The translations under genes were made by a program, and so were the position numbers. From positions 448,001-512,000 of the forward strand of contig CAXXVD010000001.1 in assembly GCA_963662335.2 (NCBI GenBank): DNA of 64,000 nucleotides, in the 5' to 3' direction. Numbering within the stretch: the stretch's first letter is position 1; every line of letters begins with the position of its first letter. Shown one piece after another: positions 38,436 through 47,577 of this stretch. The notes beneath the pieces were generated by a model. It was not told the origin of the DNA and did not search any database. It saw only the letters and a program-made list of their open reading frames with translations. This DNA is from Chloroflexota bacterium. Lineage in GTDB: Bacteria > Chloroflexota > UBA11872 > VXOZ01.

Positions 38436-38735
38436 ATGACGTTGGCCCACTGGCGTGACATCGCGCTTCTCATTCTCATCGTCGAGGCCCTGCTCGGCAG
38501 CGTGCTCATCCTCATCCTGACGCTGCTGGTCGCAAGCCTGGTGCGCAGAACGAACGGCGCGCTGCGCGCCGCGCTGCGTACCGGCCAGGCCCATGCCGCG
38601 AACATCGCGGCGCAGACCGACGCCATCTCCCGCCAGAGCGTGGTGCAACCCACCGCGCGCGTCCACGCCGCCCTGGCCGGCGCGCGCGCCTTTGGGCGCA
38701 GCCTGGCGCGGAACACTCCGTTTTCTCCCGACTGA
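38436..38735 (+). CDS. Small membrane protein, paralogue of 37507-37806
   Basis: MTLAHWRDIALLILIV resembles MGLSEIRDVAVIVLAI; SVVQPTAR resembles AVVRPTAK. Confidence 0.72.
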   Translation: MTLAHWRDIALLILIVEALLGSVLILILTLLVASLVRRTNGALRAALRTGQAHAANIAAQTDAISRQSVVQPTARVHAALAGARAFGRSLARNTPFSPD

Positions 38736-38918
38736 ATGCATTTAGTGGCGCGGGAGCATGCGCACTCGCTGCGGGCAACGGGGACTGAGGCCGAAGCGGG
38801 CGGGGGGCCGGCCGGTCGCCGTTCATCCTGCGACAGGCTCAGAACGAACGGCTAGCGGGCTTGTATCCCTTCTCCCGCGGGAGAGGGTTAGGGTGAGGGG
38901 AAACTGCGGCAAGACGCC

Positions 38919-40301
38919 CTATGAGAGCTTGTTGTAGGCGTCCAGCGCCGCCACCTTGTAGCACTCGGCCAGGGTCGGATAGTTGAACACGTTATCCACG
39001 AAGAAGTCGAGCGTGCCGCCCAGCGCCATGGCCGTCTGCCCGATGTGCACCAATTCCGACGCGCCGGTGCCGAGCAGGTGCACGCCCAGGATGGTGCGGT
39101 CGTCGGCGTGAATGAGGAGCTTAACCAGGCCGTTTGGATCGCCGATGATCTGGCCGCGCGCGATTTCGCGGTAGCGGGCCACGCCGATTTCGTAGGGGAT
39201 GCCGTCCTCGCTCAGTTCCTTCTCCGTGCGCCCCACCATGGACGTCTCGGGAATCGTATAGATGCCGTAGGGAAAGAGGCGCGAGTTGAACGAGCCGCCG
39301 GCGCCAAAGGCGTGGCGCGCGGCCAGCCGGCCTTGCTCCATAGAAGACGCCGCCAGCGCCGGGAAGCCGATCACGTCGCCGCAGGCGTAGATGTGGGGCA
39401 CGCCGGTCTGGAATTGCTCATTCACCCGCAAGCGCCCGCGCCTATCGGCCTCCAGTCCGGCCGCGGCCAGGTTGAGCATGTCGGTGTTGCCCTGGCGGCC
39501 GCCGGCGTAGAGGAGGTGGTCGGCCATAATCGTCTTGCGGCTGCGGGTGCGGGCGACGATGCGCCCGCCCTCGTCGCTGACCTCGGCCACCTCCTCGCGG
39601 AAGCGGAACGTTATTCCCGCCTCGCGCATGTGGTAGGAGAGCGCTTCCCGGATTTCTTCATCGACGAATTCCAGCATCTCGTCGCGCTGCTCGATGAGCG
39701 TGACGTCTATGCCCAGGGCGGCAAAGATGCAGGCGTATTCCACCCCAATCACGCCGGCGCCGACGATCGCGAGGCGCTTGGGAAGTTCCTGGAGCATGTA
39801 CACGCCGTCGGTGTCGATGATGGTGCGGCCGTTGAACGGCACCGTGGCCGAGCGCGCGGGACGGCTGCCGGTGGCGATGATGACGTAGTCCGCTTCGACC
39901 TCCTCCACCCGCCCCTCTTCCAGCGTGACGGCGACCTGGTGGGGCGCTGTGAATTCGGCGCTGCCATAGAGGGGGGCCACGCCATTGCGGGAGAGTTGCA
40001 CCTCCAGCACGTCGGTCTCATTCTTGATCACTTGCTCGCAGCGGAACATCAAGTCGGCAATGGTGATGTTCTCTTTAACCGAGTACGTAATGCCGTAGAT
40101 ATTGCGCTCGAAGAAGCCGGTGAGGTAGAGCACCGCCTGGCGCAGGGTCTTGCTGGGGATCGAGCCGGCGTTCACCAGGTTGCCGCCCACGAAACGCCGC
40201 CGTTCGACCGCGACCACCGACTTGCCCAACTTGGCCGCCTGGATGGCGGCGCGGTGGCCCGCCGGTCCGGTGCCGATGACTACCAAGTCTACTTTTCGCA
40301 T
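38919..40301 (-). CDS. sthA: Soluble (Si-specific) NAD(P)+ transhydrogenase
   Basis: IGTGPAG, IPSKTLR, GAGVIGVEYA, GDVIGFPALA, GIYTIPE, ELVHIGQ, FNYPTLAE.YK.AALD. Confidence 0.93.
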   Translation of the reverse strand: MRKVDLVVIGTGPAGHRAAIQAAKLGKSVVAVERRRFVGGNLVNAGSIPSKTLRQAVLYLTGFFERNIYGITYSVKENITIADLMFRCEQVIKNETDVLEVQLSRNGVAPLYGSAEFTAPHQVAVTLEEGRVEEVEADYVIIATGSRPARSATVPFNGRTIIDTDGVYMLQELPKRLAIVGAGVIGVEYACIFAALGIDVTLIEQRDEMLEFVDEEIREALSYHMREAGITFRFREEVAEVSDEGGRIVARTRSRKTIMADHLLYAGGRQGNTDMLNLAAAGLEADRRGRLRVNEQFQTGVPHIYACGDVIGFPALAASSMEQGRLAARHAFGAGGSFNSRLFPYGIYTIPETSMVGRTEKELSEDGIPYEIGVARYREIARGQIIGDPNGLVKLLIHADDRTILGVHLLGTGASELVHIGQTAMALGGTLDFFVDNVFNYPTLAECYKVAALDAYNKLS

Positions 40302-40995
40302 ACCGTCCACCCTCGCTGCACACGCGCGCTCACGCCGCCATTGCGGAGCGGCTCGACGCCCCGCGCGCGCTGCGAAAAAGCCGCATCCGCTCCCGGCGGC
40401 CGCTCACGCTCTGCCGGAAGCGCCGCACGGTATATCCGCCGGAAACCCCACGGCACGCCCGGCTCCGCATAAGCCACTCTCAGTATACTCTCTTCGCAAA
40501 GAGGCGCAGTCCCTGGAGCGCGGCCGCCAGAAGTTTAACTCTGTTTGCTAAAGAAACATCAGGCGATCACGGTTGCGCTACTACCGCCACACCCTGAAAG
40601 GCGCTGGGATGCCTTTCAAACATACCCACCGCCGTTCCCGGGCGAGGACGGCGGGATCGGGGAGGCGCGGCGTGCTTCCAGCAGTCGCGCGCCGCGCGCG
40701 ATCTCAGACACAGCCAACGCATTTGCCAGCCGCGCCCGCGCTGTGCTACACTACGTCTAGTTCCACGCTGTCCGCACCTCCCTGAAGCGACTTATCCGGT
40801 AGCGCCCGTTCGCTATTGCCGCCTCTCCAGGCCGCACTGCGCCTCGCGGTCGCGCAGACCCGCGACTTCCTCCCCCGCCGACACCGCCGCCATGGCGACG
40901 CTTGGCGCGCGGAGCGGCGCCGACAGCGCAATTCAGGAACGATACCCGGTAGCCGGGCCAGAGACCCCAGGACGAACGACGAGGAGTAGTGAGCG

Positions 40996-41895
40996 GTGGA
41001 GCCGCCGCTAAGCTGCGCGCCGGGACTGTGGAAAGACGCGCCGCTGGAGCAGATCGCGGAGGCGTGCCGCGCCGCCCAATTCGGCGGGCTCGAGCAACGC
41101 GCCGCCGCCTTGTCATCGTCGCTGGCGGCGGGGCAGGCCTTGCTGGCGCAGCGGGACGCGCTGGCAAACGCGGAACTGGCGCTCTCCGCGCTCACGCTGC
41201 ATGAACCCTGGCACGACCGCGACGCGCTCGCAAGCCACCTGCCGGCCCTGCCGCAATTGCTCGACGGGCTGGCGGCGCTAAATCCTGACTTCTGCATACT
41301 CTCCGTGCCGGGGTCGAACGAACGCCTCTCCACCGCCGGCTGGCCGAACGCCGCGCGCTTCGACACGCTCACCACCAGCGAGCACGCGCTGCTGGTGGAC
41401 ACGGTGCAGAGCGTGGCCGACATGATGCGTTCCGTCGGCGTGCAGGCGGCGTTTCGTCCGCGCCTCGCCTCGTTCGTCGAGACCGAGGACGAGATGGAGC
41501 GCTTTCTCGAAGAGACCGAGCCGGAGCTTGTCGCCCTGGCCCTGGACCTCGGGCACCTGGCGCTGATGCAGATCGATCCCATGTCAATCATCCAGCGGCA
41601 CGGCGGCCGCATCGCCTATTGCTACGTGCGGGATCTCGACGAGGAGTTGACCAACCATGTCCACCGCGGCCTGCGCGGCCTGGCGAGCGCGGCGGCGGCC
41701 GGGCTCTTCGTGCCGCCGGGAGAAGGCGGCGCGCCCCTGCGCCAACCCTTGCGGCGGCTGCTGCGCGCCGGCGCCTGCCGGTGGTACGCGCTCGACCTCC
41801 AGCCGGATACCGGCGATGCGCAAGAGGCGCTGTACGCGACGTATGAATACGTGGCGAATGCCGCCGCGCGAGAAAGCGAGGAGCGGCGAAACTGA
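40996..41895 (+). CDS. Xylose isomerase-like TIM barrel (IolE-like), degenerate
   Basis: VET..E..RFL..T...LV.L.LDLGH...DP...I..HG.RI....RD; GAGGAG SD. Confidence 0.7.
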   Translation: MEPPLSCAPGLWKDAPLEQIAEACRAAQFGGLEQRAAALSSSLAAGQALLAQRDALANAELALSALTLHEPWHDRDALASHLPALPQLLDGLAALNPDFCILSVPGSNERLSTAGWPNAARFDTLTTSEHALLVDTVQSVADMMRSVGVQAAFRPRLASFVETEDEMERFLEETEPELVALALDLGHLALMQIDPMSIIQRHGGRIAYCYVRDLDEELTNHVHRGLRGLASAAAAGLFVPPGEGGAPLRQPLRRLLRAGACRWYALDLQPDTGDAQEALYATYEYVANAAARESEERRN

Positions 41896-43025
41896 TGCGA
41901 CGCAGAGACATACTGGCGGCCTCTGCCGCCGCTCTGGCCGCGGCGGCCTGCGGCCCGCTCAGCAGCGAAGCGGAGCCGGAACCAGAACGCGCGATTGTGG
42001 ATACCCGCGTCAACCCCTGGGGCGCCAACGCCTTCCTGCACAAGGAGGTCGAGTCCTGGAAGAAAGAGAAGACCTTCGAGATGGCGCGGGACGCGGGCAT
42101 CGCGTGGATCAAGCAGCATTTTCCCTGGGAGGAGATCGAAAAATCCCAGAAGGGCGATTTCTACGATCACACATGGCAGAAGCCAACCTGGCAGAAGTTC
42201 GATGAGATTGTCGACCTCGCCGAAAAGTACAACCTCAAGCTGATCGTGCGCGTTGACCGCACTCCCCTCTGGGCGCGGCGAGAGGGCGCGCCGCCGGAAG
42301 CGCCGCCCGCGAACTTCGCGGACTTCGGTGACTTCGTGGCCGTCCTGGCGGAACAGTACAAAGGCCGCATCGCGCACTACCAACTCTGGAACGAGCCAAA
42401 TCTGGCCCACGAGTGGGGTGAACCGCCTAATCCGCAGAGCTACGTTGATCTCTTGCGCACCGGCTATCAGCGCATCAAGGCGGTGGACCCGGAGATCAAG
42501 GTGTTAACAGCGCCGCTGGCCATCACCCTGGAGCACTCGCCGCGCGCCATGGTCGAGCTTGACTTCCTTGAGCAGATGTATCAGCACGGCGCGTACGACG
42601 CGTTCGACATCATGTCGGCGAACGCCTACGGCCTGGAATTCCCGCCCACAGCGCCGCCGGACCCCACTGTTCTCAACTTCCGCCGCGTGGAACTGCTGCG
42701 CGAAATTATGGAACGCTACGGCGACGCCCACAAAGCGGTCTGGTTCAACGAGTACGGCTGGAACGCCTCGCCGCCCGACATGGCCGTGGAGAAGCTGATC
42801 TGGCGGCGGGTGAAAGAGGAAGAACAGGCCGCGTGGACCGTTGAGGGCGTGGAATACGGGCGCGCCAACTGGCCCTGGGCCGGCGTCTTCTGCATCTGGT
42901 ACCTGCGCCAGGTGGGCGACATCCCGCCCACCGCGTCCGAGTACTACTTCCGCATGGTCGACCCCGAATTCACGCCGCGCCTGGTCTACAAAGCGGTGCA
43001 GGAGAACTCCAAGCGGGTCAAGTGA
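41895..43025 (+). CDS. Tat lipoprotein, clan GH-A glycoside hydrolase (GH5/GH39-like)
   Basis: MRRRDIL..AAAC lipobox; WNEPN acid/base and WFNEYGW nucleophile motifs. Confidence 0.85.
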   Translation: MRRRDILAASAAALAAAACGPLSSEAEPEPERAIVDTRVNPWGANAFLHKEVESWKKEKTFEMARDAGIAWIKQHFPWEEIEKSQKGDFYDHTWQKPTWQKFDEIVDLAEKYNLKLIVRVDRTPLWARREGAPPEAPPANFADFGDFVAVLAEQYKGRIAHYQLWNEPNLAHEWGEPPNPQSYVDLLRTGYQRIKAVDPEIKVLTAPLAITLEHSPRAMVELDFLEQMYQHGAYDAFDIMSANAYGLEFPPTAPPDPTVLNFRRVELLREIMERYGDAHKAVWFNEYGWNASPPDMAVEKLIWRRVKEEEQAAWTVEGVEYGRANWPWAGVFCIWYLRQVGDIPPTASEYYFRMVDPEFTPRLVYKAVQENSKRVK

Positions 43026-43061
43026 CGTGCCATGCGCGCTTGAAGACCGTCATGACCGACC

Positions 43062-43086
43062 GTAGCTTGGGGGGCTTGTCCCCCGC
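43062..43086. repeat. REP-A variant
   Basis: GTAGCTTGGGGGGCTTGTCCCCCGC. Confidence 0.7.
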
Positions 43087-43202
43087 CTCTCGCTTCTTGG
43101 CTAATCATCTCCCGCGCCTCTCCGCCCGATTGCGCTATACTAGCCACAAGAGCCGCGCGTACGGCGTGAGCGTAATCTTTGCGAGCCGTAGGAATGAGGC
43201 CG

Positions 43203-44510
43203 ATGGACACCAAGCAAAAGTACGAGAAGTACGTCGTCACCAGTCACGCGCCGCCGCTGCCGCCGTTGGAAGTTTCCCAGGCCGAGGGCGCGACCATCAC
43301 GGCCGCGGACGGGACCACCTATCTGGATGGGTTCGCCGGCTACTCGGTGGTGAACGCCGGCCACAGCAATCCCGAAGTGCTGGCCGCCGCCAAAGACGCC
43401 ATGGACCGCCACGTGCACGTTGGCAGCTACCTCTACTACGCGCCGGCCGTGGCCGATCTGGCCGAAAAGCTGGCGGAGATCACGCCGGGGCGTTTGGAGC
43501 AATCGTTCTTTGGCAACAGCGGCGCGGAAGCCGTGGAGGGCGCGCTACGCATTGCCAAGGCCCACACCGACCGCAATGAGTTCATCTCCTTGCAGTATTC
43601 GTTTCACGGGCGCACCCTGGGCACGCTGAGCCTGGGCGGCAACGCCCGCCGCAAGCGCCGCGCCGGGCCGCTGGCTTCCGGCGTAGCCATTGCGCCCGCG
43701 CCCTACTGCTACCGCTGCCCGCTCCATCTCACCTATCCTTCCTGCGACGTGGCCTGCGCCGACGAGGTGGAGCGCGTGTTCGAGACCCAGACCAGCGGCA
43801 ACGTGGCGGCCATGATTGCCGAGCCGGTGATGGGAGAGGGCGGCATCATCGACCCACCGCCAGAATACTTCCCCAAAGTGAAGCGCATCCTGGACAAGAA
43901 CGACGCCCTCTTCATCGCCGACGAGGTGCAGACCAGCTTTGGGCGCACCGGCACGATGTTCGCCAGCGAAGAAATCGGCGTGGAGCCGGACATCCTCACC
44001 TCGGCCAAGGGCATCGCCAACGGCTTTCCGCTCAGCGCCTTCACCACCCGGCGGGAGATTGGCGAATCCTTCCTGCCCGGCGATCACTTCAGCACCTTTG
44101 GCGGCAACCTCGTCTCCGCCGCCGCCGCGATCGCCACCATCGACTTCCTGGAACGCGAGCAGGTGGCGGAACACGCGCGGCGCATCGGGCAGCACGTCCT
44201 GGACGTGCTGGAGACGTGGCGCAATACGCATCACCTAGTCGGCGACGTGCGCGGCAAGGGACTGATGCTCGGCATCGAACTCGTAACCGACCAAGAAGCC
44301 AAGCAGCCGGCGCCGGAGGCGGCCAAGCAGGTGCAAGAGGCGTGCCGCCAGGCCGGGCTGCTCATCGGCTGCGGCGGCTTCTACGGCAACGTGCTCCGCT
44401 TCCAACCGCCGCTCATCATCACGCTTGCACAAGTCGAGCGGGCATTGGAGATTCTCGATAGCGCCCTGACCGCGGTGGAAGAGTCTGCCGCCGCGCTCGT
44501 CGCCTCGTGA
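43203..44510 (+). CDS. Class III PLP aminotransferase (4-aminobutyrate/alanine-glyoxylate type)
   Basis: NSGAEAVE, SFHGRT, EPVMGEGG, ADEVQT.FGRTG, AKG, STFGGN. Confidence 0.93.
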   Translation: MDTKQKYEKYVVTSHAPPLPPLEVSQAEGATITAADGTTYLDGFAGYSVVNAGHSNPEVLAAAKDAMDRHVHVGSYLYYAPAVADLAEKLAEITPGRLEQSFFGNSGAEAVEGALRIAKAHTDRNEFISLQYSFHGRTLGTLSLGGNARRKRRAGPLASGVAIAPAPYCYRCPLHLTYPSCDVACADEVERVFETQTSGNVAAMIAEPVMGEGGIIDPPPEYFPKVKRILDKNDALFIADEVQTSFGRTGTMFASEEIGVEPDILTSAKGIANGFPLSAFTTRREIGESFLPGDHFSTFGGNLVSAAAAIATIDFLEREQVAEHARRIGQHVLDVLETWRNTHHLVGDVRGKGLMLGIELVTDQEAKQPAPEAAKQVQEACRQAGLLIGCGGFYGNVLRFQPPLIITLAQVERALEILDSALTAVEESAAALVAS

Positions 44511-44536
44511 CGCGAAACGGAATGAGATAGGCAAAG

Positions 44537-45175
44537 ATGAAGAACATCCTGCTTCTCGGCGGCCCGAACCCGGCGCACACGCCCCGGGACGTGGCGGCGT
44601 ACGTTGCCGATCACCTAGAGGCGCACGGCGACCTGCGGGTAGCCATCACTGAGGACACCGGCATTCTCGAAACTGACGCCGTGGCCGCCTACGACGCGTT
44701 TCTGCTCTATCTCAACACCCAGGAGCAACGGTGGCCGCCCAGCCGCGAAGCGGCGTTTCTCGCTGCCGTCACGGGTGGGAAGGGGCTTTTCGTCCTGCAC
44801 GCGGGGGTGCTGAGCTTTCGCGGCTGGGAGGCCTACACGGAGCTTATCGGCGGCGCGCCCGCGGCGGACTTCTTCCACCCGCCCTACGGTCCCTTCAGCG
44901 TGCAAATCGACGATCCCGCGCATCCGATAACAACGCGCATGGTGGACTTTGCCGTGCGCGACGAGCTCTATGCCAACGTGCGCTTGACCCCGCAGGCGCG
45001 GCTGCTCGCCCACGCCACGCTGGACGGCACGGCGCAGCCGTTGCTGTGGACGGTCAAACATCCCCAGACGCGCGTGTGCACGCTGCTGCTGGGCCACGAC
45101 CGGGCCGCGCTCCAGTATCCGGGCGCGTCTACTCTGCTGCGGCGCGGCGTGGCGTGGGCGGCAGGCGCGCTGTGA
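44537..45175 (+). CDS. ThuA-like (glutamine amidotransferase-like) domain protein
   Basis: GKGLFVLH, LIGG...HP, HPIT, DELY, LGHD, RGV.WAAG. Confidence 0.88.
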   Translation: MKNILLLGGPNPAHTPRDVAAYVADHLEAHGDLRVAITEDTGILETDAVAAYDAFLLYLNTQEQRWPPSREAAFLAAVTGGKGLFVLHAGVLSFRGWEAYTELIGGAPAADFFHPPYGPFSVQIDDPAHPITTRMVDFAVRDELYANVRLTPQARLLAHATLDGTAQPLLWTVKHPQTRVCTLLLGHDRAALQYPGASTLLRRGVAWAAGAL

Positions 45176-47577
45176 GTGAAGCAGTAACGGTGACTACCCT
45201 GGGCTACATCCTGCTCTGGTGGCTTGCGGCGCAGGCCGTTACCCTCGTGACGCTGCCGCTCGCCTGGCTGCTCTTCCGCTCCATGCCGCTGGCCGGCTAT
45301 CCCTTCGCCAAGACGTTCGGCCTGCTGCTCTTTGGCTTCCTCGGCTGGTTCCTGATGTCGCTGCGCATCCTGCCGAACACGCTGTGGGCGCTGATCGTCG
45401 TGCTCATCCTCCTCGGCGCCCTTTCGGCGGTCACTGTGCGGCACTTTCGCTGGCGCGTGAAAGACGTACGGGAAGCCGTGGGGCATCAAATCTATGTCGT
45501 GGAAGTCCTCTTCTTGGTTCTTCTAACTGCCTATGCGGTGCTGCGTCAATATGCGCCTGAGCTTATGGGCACCGAGAAGTTCATGGACTTCATGCTGGTG
45601 AACAGCATCCTCCAATCGGCGTCCCTGCCGCCTCACGACGCCTGGGCCGGGGGCCTGACGGTCAACTACTACTATTTTGGCTACCTCATCGTGGCCTTTC
45701 TCACGCGCCTCACCGGCATCCCCTCCGCCATCACCTATAATCTGGCGCTGGCGCTCTTCTTCGCCCTCAGCGGGCTGGGCGCGTACGGCATCGGCTATAG
45801 CCTGGTCAAGCGCTTCCAGGCGGTCGGCGGAGTCGTGGAGCCGCGCCGGGGCACCCTCACCGGCCTCCTGGCCGTCTTCTTGCTCCTCTTCATCGGCAAC
45901 CTCTTCACCATCTGGAAAGCCCTGACCGATCCCGAAATCCTCCGCCAGGGCTTCTGGTTCGGCGTCGGCTGGAACGCCACCCGGGTGGTCAACCGGGTCG
46001 AGGGCGACACGGCCCTCGACTATACGATCAACGAGTTTCCGGCCTTCAGTTTCATCCTGGGCGACCTGCACCCCCACGTCATGGCGCTGCCCTTCGCCCT
46101 GCTGGCGATCTTCACCGCGCTCACGTGGTACGCAAACCCGGACTACGCGCCCCTGCCGCCGTCATTCCCGCGCACGCGGGAAGCCATCCGCACGCTGCTC
46201 ACCCTCCCGCGCGTCAGCCGCATCGTATTGAGCGCCATCATCTTCGGCGGCCTCTACTTCCTGAATTCGTGGGACTTCCCCACCTATTTCCTCCTGCTGG
46301 CCGTAGGCGTGCTGGCGTCGCTGAATGCGCGGGACAACTGGGCGCAGTGGAAAGACGCCCTGATGTGGCTCGGGGCCACCGGCGCGCTGGCGCTGGTGTT
46401 CTTCGCGCCGTTCTACCTCACGTTCGCTCCGCCCACACAGGGCATCGGACTGGTGCCCTACCGGACGGACCTCGGCCAGTTCTTCACGGTGCACGGCATC
46501 TTCCTCGTGCCGCTGGGCGTCCTCCTGGCAATCCTCGGCCTACAGGCCGCGCGGCGGCGTGTCGCGCCTGAGACCGCTAGGCGGCAGACGCAAGGGCGCG
46601 GGCGCAAGTCCCGCCAGCGGCGGCGGGCGGACGGCGGACGCACGGGCCAAGGCGACGCGGAGCCAAAACCCGCGGCCCACTGGGAGTTCCACCGGCCCTT
46701 CGTCCTAGCAATTGTCGCCTGGGTGGCTGTCACGCTCTTGCTGGCGCGGCTCTTGGACACGGCGGCGCTGGCGCTCATTGCCTTTAGCCTTGTGGCCGGC
46801 CTCGCCGTCCTGCTCCGGCGGCGGCAGTTTAGCGAGCCGCTGCCGTTCGTGTGCGGCGTCATCGGCCTCGCCGCCCTCCTGGTCCTGGTGAGCGAAGTCT
46901 TTTATGTAAAGGACTTCTACGGCCCGCCGAACATGCGCATGAACACCGTCTTCAAGCTCTACTTCCAGGTGTGGACGCTGCTCGCGCCGGTGGTCGCTTT
47001 CGTCATCTACTACGTCATAATCTGGCTGCGGCAGCGGCAGCGCCCGTTGAGTTGGGTCTTTCGCGTTGCCGTCGTCCTGCTTGGGTTGAGCGGACTCTAC
47101 TACTCCTTGCTCACCGCGCCCATCTTCGCCTCTTTCCAGCGCGAGCCGCCGACCCTTGACGGCACGAAGTACTACGCGCGCGACCACGCCGACGAAGTGG
47201 CCGCCATCGCGTGGTTGCAGGAACACGCCGCATCGGATAGCGTAGTTGTGGAGGCCTCGGGACAAGAGTACAGCCAGTACAGCCGCGTCTCCACGTTCAC
47301 CGGCTTGCAGACGGTGCTGGGCTGGCGCCAGCACGAGCACCTGTGGCGCAACGACTACCAACTGGTGTTCGAGCGCGAAAACGACCTCCACGCGTTCTAC
47401 GCGACCGCGCCGCGCGAAGGCGCGCTGGCTTTCTTGCGCAAGTACGACGCCGACTATATCTTTGTAGGGGACTGGGAACGCCAACTCTACGGCGAGGACG
47501 TGGAGCGCCTCCTGAACTGGTTCCCGGTCGTGTACCAGAGCGGCAACGTGTACGTCCTCAAAGTCGATGCCACCTAG
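45172..47577 (+). CDS. DUF2298 / Chlor_Arch_YYY (TIGR03662-type) integral membrane protein
   Basis: GTEKFMD, PP.D.W.GG..NYYYFGY, TINEFPAFSF..GDLHPH, NSWDFP, RMNTVFK.Y.Q.W; GTGA overlap with ThuA gene. Confidence 0.92.
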   Translation: MSEAVTVTTLGYILLWWLAAQAVTLVTLPLAWLLFRSMPLAGYPFAKTFGLLLFGFLGWFLMSLRILPNTLWALIVVLILLGALSAVTVRHFRWRVKDVREAVGHQIYVVEVLFLVLLTAYAVLRQYAPELMGTEKFMDFMLVNSILQSASLPPHDAWAGGLTVNYYYFGYLIVAFLTRLTGIPSAITYNLALALFFALSGLGAYGIGYSLVKRFQAVGGVVEPRRGTLTGLLAVFLLLFIGNLFTIWKALTDPEILRQGFWFGVGWNATRVVNRVEGDTALDYTINEFPAFSFILGDLHPHVMALPFALLAIFTALTWYANPDYAPLPPSFPRTREAIRTLLTLPRVSRIVLSAIIFGGLYFLNSWDFPTYFLLLAVGVLASLNARDNWAQWKDALMWLGATGALALVFFAPFYLTFAPPTQGIGLVPYRTDLGQFFTVHGIFLVPLGVLLAILGLQAARRRVAPETARRQTQGRGRKSRQRRRADGGRTGQGDAEPKPAAHWEFHRPFVLAIVAWVAVTLLLARLLDTAALALIAFSLVAGLAVLLRRRQFSEPLPFVCGVIGLAALLVLVSEVFYVKDFYGPPNMRMNTVFKLYFQVWTLLAPVVAFVIYYVIIWLRQRQRPLSWVFRVAVVLLGLSGLYYSLLTAPIFASFQREPPTLDGTKYYARDHADEVAAIAWLQEHAASDSVVVEASGQEYSQYSRVSTFTGLQTVLGWRQHEHLWRNDYQLVFERENDLHAFYATAPREGALAFLRKYDADYIFVGDWERQLYGEDVERLLNWFPVVYQSGNVYVLKVDAT
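46159..46188 (+). repeat. Family-C REP arm embedded in-frame in the DUF2298 CDS
   Basis: CCGTCATTCCCGCGCACGCGGGAAGCCATC, 29/30 identical to the reverse complement of 37942-37971. Confidence 0.85.

Noticed and set aside
44731-45171. N-terminal 147 aa of the 948-aa DUF2298 ORF
   Set aside because: Overlaps the ThuA gene in another frame; the GTGA overlap at 45172 is the more likely start.
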